A DNA stretch of 64,000 bases, taken from the NCBI GenBank assembly GCA_002269645.1, contig NIVC01000035.1:496001-560000 (forward strand), in the 5' to 3' direction. This document shows, piece after piece, positions 24,871 through 48,999 of the stretch. The stretch comes from Macrostomum lignano. Lineage: Eukaryota. Position numbers and translations under genes: made by a program. Every line of letters begins with the position of its first letter. The stretch's first letter is position 1. The notes below the pieces were generated by a model. The model made no database searches. It was not told the DNA's origin and saw only the letters and a program-made list of their open reading frames with translations.

Positions 24871-25589
24871 TCTGCCAATAATCTCCGCTCTCTATACTCT
24901 CCGTCTCTAAACTCCGTCCTTTACTTCCTGACCTCGGCCCCTGATCTCTTCTCTTACTGTCCATTCCTAAGTCTCTGCTCTCTAATCTCTATAGCCTTGA
25001 CCTACTCTCCGCCCTCTACTGCATATTCTCCACAACGTCTCTGGCAAGAATTCTGGCAAGCCTGCATTTCAGCTTCACCATGTGGAATGCCGAAAATTAA
25101 TTCAGCATCCTGCACCACCAGCAGCAGCAGCACCAGCAGCAGCAGCAGCATCTCCAATATTGAGGCCAAACGATATGCAGGGTCCCCCCGTGTAAGTTGG
25201 TGTTTCAACAGTAATACGAAACCGCCATTCCGTAATATAAGCGCCCCGCCCCCCCCCAACTGCAGCATCGAATTCTTGCACTTGCGTTGCATGCACACAA
25301 ATTATAAGCTATACAAATGCATAGTGTGCAAAAAGTGAGAGTCACTCAATATAGCCCTGTATAGAGAGGTGGGGGCAGTCTGCTGCAGTCTCAATGCAGA
25401 GGATAAGTCATCAAATTTTTATTTTTATACATTAAACTGTTTTTAAGATTATTTTTATCGCTACGAATACAGGTACGGATCAAGACAATTTTGAATGGGG
25501 GGCGCAGATTACTAGGGTACGTGTATATGTATATCATGTGCATATAAATGTACACGATAATGTGTGTGTAATGTGTGATAATGTGTGGG

Positions 25590-26010
25590 GAGAGGGGAAA
25601 AGGAGAGGGGAGAGAGTAGAGGGGGGAGAGAGGAGAGGGGAGAGGGGAGAGGGGAGAGAGGAGAGAGGAGAGAGTAGAGGGAAGAGAGTAGAGGGGAGAG
25701 AGTAGAGGGGAGAGAGTAGAGGCGAGAGAGTAGAGGGGAGAGAGTAGAGAGGAGAGAGGAGAGGATAGAGAGGAGAGAGGAGAGAGGAGAGAGTAGAGGG
25801 AAGAGAGTAGAGGGGAGAGAGTAGAGGGGAGAGAGTAGAGAGGAGAGAGGAGAGGATAGAGAGGAGAGAGGAGAGAGGAGAGAGGATAGAGGAGAGAGGA
25901 TAGAGGAGAGAGGAGAGAGGAGAGGATAGAGGAGAGAAAAGAGAGGAGAGAGGAGAGAGGATAGAGAGAAGAGAGAAGATCAGGACAGAGGAGAGAGGAG
26001 AGAGAAGTAA
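25590..26010. repeat. GA-rich low-complexity tract
   Basis: Nearly pure purine strand (gagag/gagtaga units). Confidence 0.9.
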
Positions 26011-26769
26011 ATTCGAAAGGAAAAGTGAATAATAGACAGGCAGTGCAGAGTAGAGAGTACAGAAAGTCTTACGTCTCGTTCAATGAATGAAAAGTCTAGG
26101 GGTTACAAATGTAGTTATTTAAAAGTGTTGCATTGTGGCTGGTAATACTAATAATCAGGCCTGAGACCTTGAACTCAGTTTAGACAGTCTTGGCTGCTGC
26201 CAATATTTTTGAGGAGTCGAGTTTTACCACTCTGTGGGGAAATCGCTGACCAGACTCAGTATAGGATCGGGAATCCCATTGGACCGCAGCTGCCCAAAAT
26301 TCACGATGGGGGCATGGCGGTCGGGGAGCTCCCAGCCAATCAGGGCTCGCTCCGCAGAGTCACTAGAAAACAACCAAAAGTAGATTTTGCGCCCTCCGTC
26401 AACGTCACATGCAGAAGCCACTTCAGTTTAAAACAAAATCCACAATTTCCGTAAGCTGTGTCTTCCTTCACGTCCTACAGGGCCCCAATACAATTTAAGA
26501 TTTGCTAGCAACAGTTTCGTAAATCGGTTGGAGCTTACGACAAATTCCATAACTTGGATCGGATGGTAAGTTCAGTTTACTATAGTATAAAATAATATTG
26601 TATTATTGCTTTAGCGTGATTAATAAATTATTCACTAAGAATTGCCTATGCACAGAAAGGGTCCCGGCTTCCTTATAGCTGAGTGGGTGGTGTATAAGTT
26701 AAGCAAACCTGACGGCGGTTAGTATGCTAATACGGCTAGTATGTTAGTATTCAATGACTTATTGGATAG

Positions 26770-27035
26770 GGGGCGCCAAACAGAGGGCGCCAAACAGAGG
26801 GCGCCAAACAGAGGGCGCCCAAACAGAGGGCGCCAAACATGGGGCGCCAAACAGGGCGCGCCAAACAGAGGGTGCCAAACAGAGGGCGCCAAACAGAGGG
26901 CGCCAAAGAGAGGGCGCCAAACAGAGGGCGCCCAAACAGAGGGCGCCAAACATGGGGCGCCAAACAGAGGGCGCCAAACAGCCAACAGGCGGAGGCGCCA
27001 AACAGCCAACAGGAGGAGGCGCCAAACAGAGAGCG
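26770..27035. repeat. 14-15-bp minisatellite (ggcgccaaacagag)
   Basis: Tandem units; source of the RQTEGAKQ ORFs. Confidence 0.9.
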
Positions 27036-28333
27036 CTAAGCATAGATTTAGGGGGCAACAGCGGTCAGCAATGAGAATCAATAGTGAAAGTAAAAACACT
27101 ATATATATTAAAGATTCAGTTTAGTTTATTACATTTCGGATTTGTTTTACCAAATCTTGGCTAACAGAAGTGGAAGGACAGAAGATTTGCTGTTTTGCAC
27201 AGCGCTGAATAGGGTTTCGGCCATAGAAAACTTCGGCTAAGAAAAACACACCAAAGAGATAGGAACAGCTGATCATATAGCATTATCAAGTGAGCTTAGC
27301 GAAAAATATGAAAACCAGAATAATATTTGAGTGAAATCATCTTTAACTTTGGTAATAAATCAAAATGAGTTGCTGTATAAAGCCGGTAGACACTTAGCTA
27401 CAAAGTAACCTTATAATTGACTAATATTATCATGATTATTATTCATAGTTTGAATCGCGCGTTAAATCCTACAAGCCATCATTGAAGTCAACCTGTAAAA
27501 TGATATTAAAAAACTGCATGTGGCTTCCCTGATCCCCTCCATCATCGCGCTTGGTTGCCAACTGATTTTTTTGGGTGGAGGCCGAGGGTAAAAAGTGTTT
27601 TGAACTGCATGGGTTATACGCTTAAATCAAAGTTTAACGCTGCCTATAATAGTTTATTAATTGACAAAATTTTGCCTCACAGACTTCGGTATCCATGCGC
27701 TAGCATATTATGCAGGCGGGGAGATATGCTGCATTGATTTTTAAGCATAATGAGATAGTTGTCCCATAATCTGGGTCTTCTCAGACCGTTTCAGATCCCA
27801 CATGTATATATTTATAGATCCCAACAGTTAGTTTTAGAAACCATAAAATCGAAAGACAAAGACCCATCTTTCGCACCTTCGAGATTTCACTCGTGGAGTC
27901 GAATGACCGCCTATGATGGAGCTAAGCGTTATTCTATACGCCTAAGAATCTGAATGGAATCTGTTCACCTGGTGGAAGGTGCTAAAAAACAAGTCCACAA
28001 GGAATCAGATCGGACCACCCCCAGAGCTATGCCTGCATTAAGTATGCGTTGAAACACTGCTTCTAAAAATAAAGCATATTAAAATGCTTTCTACAATGTT
28101 ATTTTTGGCCTACATGCGGTGCTTTAAAACAATTTGGGTTTATGGTGTAGTCCGATGCGTCTAAACAGTTTCAGGGGAGTTCTGTTATCGTCACTAATAA
28201 ATCGCATTCAAAAGCTACAAAATTGAGAAAGTAGACGGCGCGAGTAACTATGCACAAATTTTATTACAAAGATCCTTCGTCATATAATTAGTTAGAAATA
28301 GTTTGCTCTTCATTTCTATTTTTAGAATCAGAA

Positions 28334-39012
<10,679 letters not shown>

Positions 39013-40244
39013 TTAGAATTACCAGTGTTCTAAAAATAGCTCTCCTAGCTTTAGATTTTCCCGCGGTATTTCCTCGTACTTACCGCCCTAACTCTTCCTT
39101 ATTTGAATGTACTCTGAATGTGTACACTATCTAGCCTTCCATGCGCAACTGTTCTACCCCCCCACGCACCTTGCTGGTGAAAGAGAAACAGCTTGCTGAC
39201 CTCCCCAACAGCCACACTAATAGCTGAAACGTACATTGCCACGACGAGTGTACATACATTTGTTGCGCTTGGATTATTTTCAATCACGCGAATTTTCGTT
39301 ATAATCTGGCTTACAAATCCGGAATGTATTTTTTTGCGCTAGCTAGCTATACAACTTTTGAATATACAGCATTAATTGTTCGAATTTTACTCTCTTTTAA
39401 ACGAAAAACTCTAAAATGATGGCTTTTTCATTCCTAAATGACATCAATCAACTGCTCATGCATGCCTTTTTATATGACATTTCACCTAAAAAAAATTCTC
39501 AGAAATTTTGTGTTGTTTTCCGGTGAAATTCAATAATAATTAAAATAACACATTTCGCTGACAGTTTTGAGTCTTCAGCAACGCGTTTAGTTAGCTACTG
39601 AAAGTAATAGCTACATGTCAAAATTTTGAGGTCAGAAAATCCAATAAGCTAATGATATTTTTCACTCATTTAATCTTCTAATCCTTGCAACTTTCGATAT
39701 TTCTTTAATCAACCAAATAACCTGTAGATAGTAAATTTTTATATGCATGTGTTAAAAATATTAACTGTTTAATCGGAATCGCTCTGTCGCTCATTCGCCA
39801 CTTATAAATCTGTCCATGGTCTGTCTCGTCTTGTCGGATTAACAAAATCTTGTTGGCTTACTGATCTTACTTTCCTTCAGTTATTTTGCTGGTAAATTTA
39901 CAGTAAAAATGTTTATTTCAAGTTTATTTTTGTTAACTTGACAATCGAATTTGGCAGTTATAATTGCGTATTTTTTTCTTGAAGTGTGTCACCACCTATG
40001 CTCATACTGTACATTATTTGAATTTTACCGTTTTTTGTTTTAAATTCGTATCTTTTTTGATCCAGTATACGCTACTATTAGTATTGATGTTGTGCGCGAC
40101 AGTTAAAATTAATTTATGTTGATCCCAAGGAATTCTTCAACTATTTGCGTTAATATATGACATACTGACGATTTGAATTGCATCCTGCTTAATGTTTTCG
40201 GATTTTAGTAGTTCAATTCATTCATAATTTAATGCATAATCTGT

Positions 40245-40762
<518 letters not shown>

Positions 40763-41087
40763 GTTTTTTACGTATTTTGTGTATTTTTATCTCCTTATGA
40801 TTGCTTACTTGGCACTATCAGCTCACTCAAAGGATTATTTCGAGAAGATTTGAGCAGCCTTGAGCAGAGAAAATTTTCGTATCGGATAAATTTACAAAGA
40901 CAAAGCCAGCCTCTTTTTGAATGTCTCGAGACAGGGCTTGAAGAACTGGCTGAAAGGCAGGAAGCATTACTGAGGAAACCTGAGTCCGCACTGTGCTTTG
41001 CGTCGACCGCCCCCCCCCCTCCCAAGCGGGTTGAAAGCCGATCAACTTTCTGGGGTGGGGCTTCAGGTTTGGCCGTGGTCTAATTTT

Positions 41088-41319
41088 TATTTAATATATA
41101 ATAAACCTTACTAATAGATGCAAATATTAGACTAGGTGGAGACTTCGAGAGGAGATTGGGGATAAATGATATTTTGGGATTGAGAAATGAGACACTGAGA
41201 TTGGGAGATGAGATACTGAGATCGGAAGATGAGATACTGAGATTGGGAGATGAGACACTGAGATTAGGAGATGAGACACTGAGATTGGGAGATGAGACAC
41301 TGAGATTGGGAGATGAGAC
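41088..41319 (+). repeat. Left copy of a ~232-bp direct duplication flanking the retroelement (right copy 43703-43955)
   Basis: tatttaatatataataaaccttactaatagatgcaaatattagactaggtggagacttcg...gagatgagac recurs at 43703 with 2 substitutions near the junction and one extra 21-bp unit. Confidence 0.9.
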
Positions 41320-43702
41320 TTTGACTTAGCTGCAGGGGGCTCCGTGCGTCCGGAAACAGCGAGGAGGCGTTGCCGCCCATTTCGCTAACCCCTGGCGACC
41401 ACGGGCAGCTAGTGCTGCGGTGTCGCGCAGGGAGTTCCGGTGGCGCCGGCGTCCGCAGCGCGGTCCCCCTCCGAAGAGTCCAGGAGGTGGATTGTCGCTC
41501 GCCCGGTAGCCCTTAGGTAGCGGACGAGCTGTCAGATTCTCGGGCCTGAAAACGTCGGAGAGGTCCGGGTTTGGGCCGAGGTAGGTGAGCCTGTCCTGAG
41601 TAAAGGCGGGGCATTCACAGATGAAGTGCTCCGCATTCTCGACACCGGAGAGGCAGAAAGGGCATTCCTCACTGCGGATTTTCTCCTGGAGGTAACGATG
41701 CCTGGCAAAGCAGCCATGACCCGAGAGGGCCATGGTCACCGCCCTGATGTCCCTGCGGTTGAGTCCAAGCAGGGCCCTGCGTAGGGCGGAGGAGGGACAG
41801 GGGACAGCCGCGCGGGATTGCCGGCAGTCGGGGGTGTTAGTCCACCTCTCCCTGTGCTTAGAAGCCACCCACTGGTTGATCCGAGTGGTGACAACGGCGA
41901 TGGGGGTGGGGGCCACGGGCAGGGGACCAGTAAAAGAACCGGTCGAGCCAGCCTTGGCCAGGCGATCGGCCAGCTCGTTGCCGGGGTGGCCCGAATGCCC
42001 GGGGATCCACCTTAGGGACACCTTGTTGGAGGCGCCTAAGCGGTTGAGCTGCCCGATGCAGTCGAGGACTGTACGCGAGCAGGTGGTGGTGCGCTCAAGG
42101 GCGTGAATCGCCGCTTGACTGTCCGAGTGGAGGGTAATTTCCTTCCCCCAGACGTGCTGATTGTACAGCTCCATGGCGCAGGAGCTGATGGCGAGAACTT
42201 CGTTCTGGAAGACGGTGGAGCAGGTGCCGGTGTGTTGGGAGAAGGTCGCCACAGTTCTCCCTCCAGACACGATGCAGTAGCCGTATCCAGAGGCGGAGTT
42301 GATTTGGGACCCGTCAGTGAAGCAGTGGATTTCATGGGGTTTCCAGTTGTCTCTCGCTTCATGGCGTGGTGGAATGCTGGTTTTGAATTTGAGCGGGGGG
42401 CAGAGCGTGGACGGGATTCCGTCCGAGAGGGTCAGCAGGCCTCTCGCTGCTTCCAGGTCTCGCAGGCTGAGGTCGCCATGCGGCCGGAGGTTCCGCTTTC
42501 TGAAGGCAAACTGCTTCTGGATTTGGACACCCGCGTCAAGCAGACGACGGGTGGTTTTCATTGCCTCCCCTCTAACAAGAGGTCAAGGGGGGGAATGTCC
42601 AAGAAGGAGTTCATGCCAGCGAAGGGCGTTGAGGGAGCCGCGCTCATGATAGCTCGACAAGCGCGGCCTTGCACCCTATTTAGAACCTCAAGAACCCCTT
42701 TCACCTCTAGGGCACTGTTCCAAATGAGGCCGGCAAAGGAGATGGCCGGTCTAACAATGGCAGTGTAAATCCACCAGAGGCGGCGGGGGGTGAGGCCCCA
42801 GGTAGCACCGAAAGCTCTGCGGATCTGCGCGAGAGTCGCGAGAGCTTTGCGGGCTTTAGTTTGGACGTGCGGGGTCCAGCTCAACCTGTGGTCGAGGGTG
42901 ACGCCCAGACATCTAGTTTGTTTCTCCATGGCAACAGGTTTGCCATAGAGGGAGAGCGGTTCGATCCTCCAGTTTCGGCGGCTGGTGAACATGATAGCCA
43001 CGGTTTTAGACTCAGAGAACCTGAGACCGCAACTATGTGCCCAGCGCTCGGCACGGTGAATGAAGGCTTGAAGAAGGTCCCTGAGGACCGCGGGCGATGG
43101 TCCAGCCACAGTGGCGGTAACATCGTCCGCATAGCCGACCTTCTGAACAGGGTCCGGATGCGGGCTGCAAAGCAGCTCGTCCATGACTAAATTCCAGAGT
43201 ATCGGGCTGAGGACTCCACCTTGCGGTCCGCCTTTCTGGACTTCCACGGAGCGTGAGTGTCCCAGGAGGTGCGAGGTGGCAGTACGATGGGAGACCCTGT
43301 ACATGATCCAGCGGGTGAGGTGCTCGTGCGTGCCCCGGGATTCCAGGGCTCGCTTAAAGGCTTCAAAGAGCACATTGTTAAAAGCACCATCAATGTCGAG
43401 GAAAAGCGACAGCGCGTATCCACTGCCAAGCACGGCGCGCTCCAGCTTGTCGACAATGGCGTGCAGCGCACTTTCGATGGAACGTCCAGGACGAAAGGCG
43501 TGCTGATTAGGGGAGAGCGGGGAGTTCCTCAGCTCAATGAGGAGAAGGCGCCAGAGCACCAGCCGTTCCATCAGTTTGAGGAAGAAGGACGTCAGACTGA
43601 TAGGGCGGTAAGCTTTGGCGGAGTGATAGTCTCCCTTTCCTGGCTTGGGTATGAAGACTACCGTAGCCTCTTGCCAGGCTTTTGGCACATACCCGAGGGT
43701 AG
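41320..43702 (-). mobile_element. 5'-truncated I-group (LOA/R1-like) non-LTR retrotransposon: RT + RNase H + CCHC knuckle
   Basis: RT motifs YRPISLTSFFLKLMERL, FLDIDGAFNN, GGPQGGVLSPILW, GYADD; RNase H FTDGS...NEVLAI...SDSQAA...[19 protein letters not shown]; C-terminal [18 protein letters not shown]. One 1-nt frameshift at ~42575 separates the two ORFs. No endonuclease or ORF1 is present. Confidence 0.93.
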
Positions 43703-43799
43703 TATTTAGTATATAATAAACGTTACTAATAGATGCAAATATTAGACTAGGTGGAGACTTCGAGAGGAGATTGGGGATAAATGATATTTTGGGATTGAG

Positions 43800-44245
43800 A
43801 AATGAGACACTGAGATTGAGAGATGAGACACTGAGATTGGGAGATGAGATACTGAGATCGGAAGATGAGATACTGAGATTGGGAGATGAGACACTGAGAT
43901 TAGGAGATGAGACACTGAGATTGGGAGATGAGACACTGAGATTGGGAGATGAGACACTAAGATTGGGAGATGAGATACTGAGATTGGGAGATGAGATACT
44001 GAGATTGGGAGATGAGACACTGAGATTGGGAGATGAGACACTGAGATTAGGAGATGAGACACTAAGATTGGGAGATGAGATACTGAGATTGGGAGATGAG
44101 ATACTGAGATTGGGAGATGAGACACTGAGATTGGGAGATGAGACACTGAGATTAGGAGATGAGACACTGAGATTGGGACATGAGACACTGAGATTGGGAG
44201 ATGAGACACTGAGATTGGGAGAGGAGACACTGAGATTGGAAGACG
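43800..44245. repeat. 21-bp minisatellite (gagacactgagattgggagat)
   Basis: Tandem units; partly duplicated at 41185-41319. Confidence 0.92.
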
Positions 44246-44589
44246 AGATTTCAAGATTAAAGAAATGTTGGCCTAGCAGGGTCAAGTTAATTGAAAAGAT
44301 TTTTTTATTCAATAAATTCAATGCACATACCAGTGTAATAAAGTTCCACGTATCAGTTGGTAAATCAGGAAAAAAAACTCGGCATGACCACAGGTAGCGA
44401 GTGTAGTACAAGTGTGTTGATAGATAACATGATGGAGTAGATTGGCTGTTTATCCAGTGCCCGACCATGGACTACTAAGACTGAGTCATCTGGGATGGAA
44501 ACTGACTAGGACGATTCCCAGTTATTCTTTTCTTTATTGAGGCTCCATTTCAATGACTTCATTGAATTTAAAAGCTGAACTCCGTGTGT

Positions 44590-45650
44590 TTATGAGCTAA
44601 ATTGAGTTTGTTTGTGAGCTGAATTGAGTGTGTTTATGAGCTGAACTGGGTGTGTTTATGAGCTGAACTGGGTGTGTTTATGAGCTAAACTGGGTGTGTT
44701 TATGAGCTGAACTGGGTGTGTTTTTGAGCTAAACTGGGTGTGTTTATGAGCTGAACTGAGTGTGTTTGTGAGCTAAACTGGGTGTGTTTATGAGCTGAAT
44801 TGGGTGTGTTTGTGAGCTGAATTGAGTGTGTTTATAAGCTGAATTGAGTGTGTTTATGAGCTGAATTGAGTGTGTTTATGAGCTAAACTGGGTGTGTTTA
44901 TGAGCTGAATTGAGTGTGTTTATGAGCTGAATTGAGTGTGTTTATGAGCTAAATTGAGTGTGTTTGTGAGATGAATTGAGTGTGTTTGTGAGCTAAATTG
45001 AGTGTGTTTATGAGCTGAATTGAGTGTGTTTGTGAGATGAATTGAGTGTGTTTGTGAGCTAAATTGGGTGTGTTTGTGAGATGAATTGAGTGTGTTTATG
45101 AGCTGAATTGAGTGTGTTTATGAGCTGAATTGAGTGTGTTTATGAGCTGAATTGGGTGTGTTTGTGAGCTGAATTGAGTGTGTTTGTGAGATGAATTGAG
45201 TGTGTTTGTGAGCTAAATTGAGTGTGTTTATGAGCTGAATTGAGTGTGTTTGTGAGATGAATTGAGTGTGTTTATGAGCTGAATTGAGTGTGTTTGTGAG
45301 CTAAATTGAGTGTGTTTGTGAGCTGAATTGAGTGTGTTTATAAGCTGAATTGAGTGTGTTTGTGAGCTGAATTGAGTGTGTTTATGAGCTAAATTGAGTG
45401 TGTTTGTGAGATGAATTGAGTGTGTTTGTGAGCTAAATTGAGTGTGTTTATGAGCTGAATTGAGTGTGTTTGTGAGCTAAATTGAGTGTGTTTATGAGCT
45501 AAATTGGGTGTGTTTGTGAGCTAAATTGAGTGTGTTTGTGAGATGAATTGAGTGTGTTTGTGAGCTGAATTGGGTGTGTTTGTGAGATGAATTGAGTGTG
45601 TTTATGAGCTAAATTGGGTGTGTTTATGAGCTAAATTGAAAGTGTTTATA
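44590..45650. repeat. 22-bp minisatellite (gagctgaattgagtgtgtttat)
   Basis: Tandem units visible. Confidence 0.93.
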
Positions 45651-45659
45651 GAAGCTAAG

Positions 45660-46198
45660 CTGAGTGCCTGAGCACTAATAAACTGAGTGCCTGAGCACTA
45701 ATAAACTGAGTGTCTGAGCACTAATAAACTGAGTGTCTGAGCACTAATAAACTGAGTGCCTGAGCACTAATAAACTGAGTGCCTGAGCACTAATAAACTG
45801 AAAGCCTGAGCAATAATAAACTGAGTGCCTGAGCACTAATAAACTGAGTGTCTGAGCACTAATAAACTGAGTGCCTGAGCACTAATAAACTGAGTGCCTG
45901 AGCACTAATAAACTGAGTGCCTGAGCACTAATAAACTGAGTGCCTGAGCACTAATAAACTGAGTGCCTGAGCACTAATAAACTGAGTGCCTGAGCACTAA
46001 TAAACTGAGTGCCTGAGCACTAATAAACTGAGTGCCTGAGTACTAATAAACTGAGTGCCTGAGCACTAATAAACTGAGTGCCTGAGCACTAATAAACTGA
46101 GTGCCTGAGTACTAATAAACTGAGTGCCTGAGCACTAATAAACTGAGTGCCTGAGTACTAATAAACTGAGTGCCTGAGCACTAATAAACTGAGTGTCT
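45660..46198. repeat. 23-bp minisatellite (ctgagtgcctgagcactaataaa)
   Basis: Homogeneous units abutting the 22-bp array; each contains an agtgc/gcact dyad. Confidence 0.93.
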
Positions 46199-46729
46199 GG
46201 ATGCAGACGACTCCAGTCCTAAAACGCCTTGACTCAGTGAGCCGAGCCGTCCATCTGTAAGCTGATAAGAAGTTCGCCATGAAAAGTTCATACGCAACCT
46301 ACTCGTGTCTCACGCACGCATTTGCAACCCGCTGCCCTGAGCTTGAGGGCGCTGTGAAATATTTAATACAGTGGGCTCTACACTTCCTCCTCGGCCTCGC
46401 CCTGTACATGTGCATTCCGAGTAGTCGCCAGTCTCGGTGAGAAAAATTATGCACTGATCAAATAATGTTCGAAAGGCAACAGAAAATGGAGCAGCTGCGC
46501 TCGCTATTTGAGCCACTCAGATATTGGAGGGAGATAATCCTGTGCCTGCTAAGCGCACTGTGCTTTGTGTTGCCCTTGGATTTGGCTGGGCAAGAGGGAA
46601 ACACGAAACTGCGCGGCTCAGGGAGGTCTTCCTTGGCGCAGCTTTGATGAGGGAGCTGGGGAGGGTCTGCTTTGTCGCCAGGGCTCTTTGTCCGGTAATT
46701 TTGGCTTGCGGCTGCTCCTAACTCCCTTT

Positions 46730-47640
<911 letters not shown>

Positions 47641-48124
47641 GAGCCTGAGAATCCTCACTAGGGCCGAATTTTGAATAAAAAATAACGCGAACTCAAAATT
47701 TCAACTGGCTACGAGTATTTATCGCTTACAACGATTGATTAATAGATTTCCAACATCTGTTTTACTATTGCAGAAGTTTCTCCGCACGCAGTTAATTCGT
47801 TCTTGTTTTGTTTAACATATGCGATCGAAGTACAACGACAGGTTTCAGTATGTACACGAAACAAACGTTTAAAACAAAAAAAACAGAAAAAGTCAAACTT
47901 CGTTGATTTGAAATTCACAGAACAAATTTTCCAAGCCAATTCATCCAGCTCCGAATAATTTCATTTGTTTCGATGAAGGAATTTTTAAATTAAACACAAT
48001 CGCTTTGCCAGTTTGTTTAAATGTACATGTAGAATGGTAATTATACGTAAAAATGATTTACCACTTGCTTATAACACACAGCCCATAATGAGATTGAAGA
48101 AACTTGCTTCAGAGCCTAACATCT

Positions 48125-48900
48125 AAGATCTAGTGTCTGAATTATAGTAATTATAGTGTCCGAGATCTAGTGTCCGATATCTAGTGTCCGAGATTTGTGT
48201 CCAAGCTCAAATGTCCGAGATCTAGTGTCCGAATTATAGTGTCCGAGATATAGTATCCAAGATCTAATAGTAGTGTTCGAGATCTAGCGTCCGATATCTA
48301 GTGACCGATATCTAGTTTCCGAGATCTATTGTCCGAGATCTTGTGCATGAGATCTATTGTCCGAGATCTAGTGTCCGAGATCTATTGTCCGAGATCTAGT
48401 GTCCGAGATCTAGTGTCCGAGATCTAGTATCCGAATTATAGTGTCCGAGATATAGTGTTCAAGATCTACTAGTATTGTCCCAGATCTAGTGTCCGAGATA
48501 TCGTGTCCGAGATCTATTGTCCGAGATCTATTGTCCAAGATCTATTGTCCGAGATCTATTGTCCAAGATCTATTGTCCGAGATCTAGTGTCCGAGATCTT
48601 GTGTCCGAGATCTACTATCCGAATTATAGTGTCCGAGATATAGTGTTCAAGATCTACTAGTATTGTCCCACATCTAGTGTCCGATAACCAGTGTCCGAGA
48701 TATCGTGTCCGAGATCTATTGTCCGAGATCTAGTGTTCAAGATATACTGTCCGAGATATAGTATCAGAGATATGGTGTCCGAGATAACGTGCCTGAAGTC
48801 TAGTATCTTAAATCTTGCGTCCGAGTTATAGTGTTCAAATTCTAGCATCAGAAAACTCATGTCCGAGATACTCGGATTGTATCCCAGATCTTCTGTCCGA
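48125..48900. repeat. ~14-bp degenerate minisatellite (gtgtccgagatcta)
   Basis: Tandem units visible. Confidence 0.88.
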
Positions 48901-48999
48901 GATTCATCTAGTCGGTACTTCTTGAAGTCTATTGTCTGAGCTTAAGTCGCTGCATGTACATATTGACAGCAACAACAAAGACACACTTCAGTTGCACAA

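Noticed and set aside
40770-41083. Protein-like stretch GLFREDLSSLEQRKF...SALCF
   Set aside because: No start codon, convincing splice partner or known motif; the shared 13-mer with 46556 is within chance expectation for a 64-kb window.
42558-44468. 636-aa ORF as an intact protein with a repetitive N-terminus
   Set aside because: RT similarity begins only at ~43702; the upstream part is flanking DNA and the 21-bp array that happen to be in frame.
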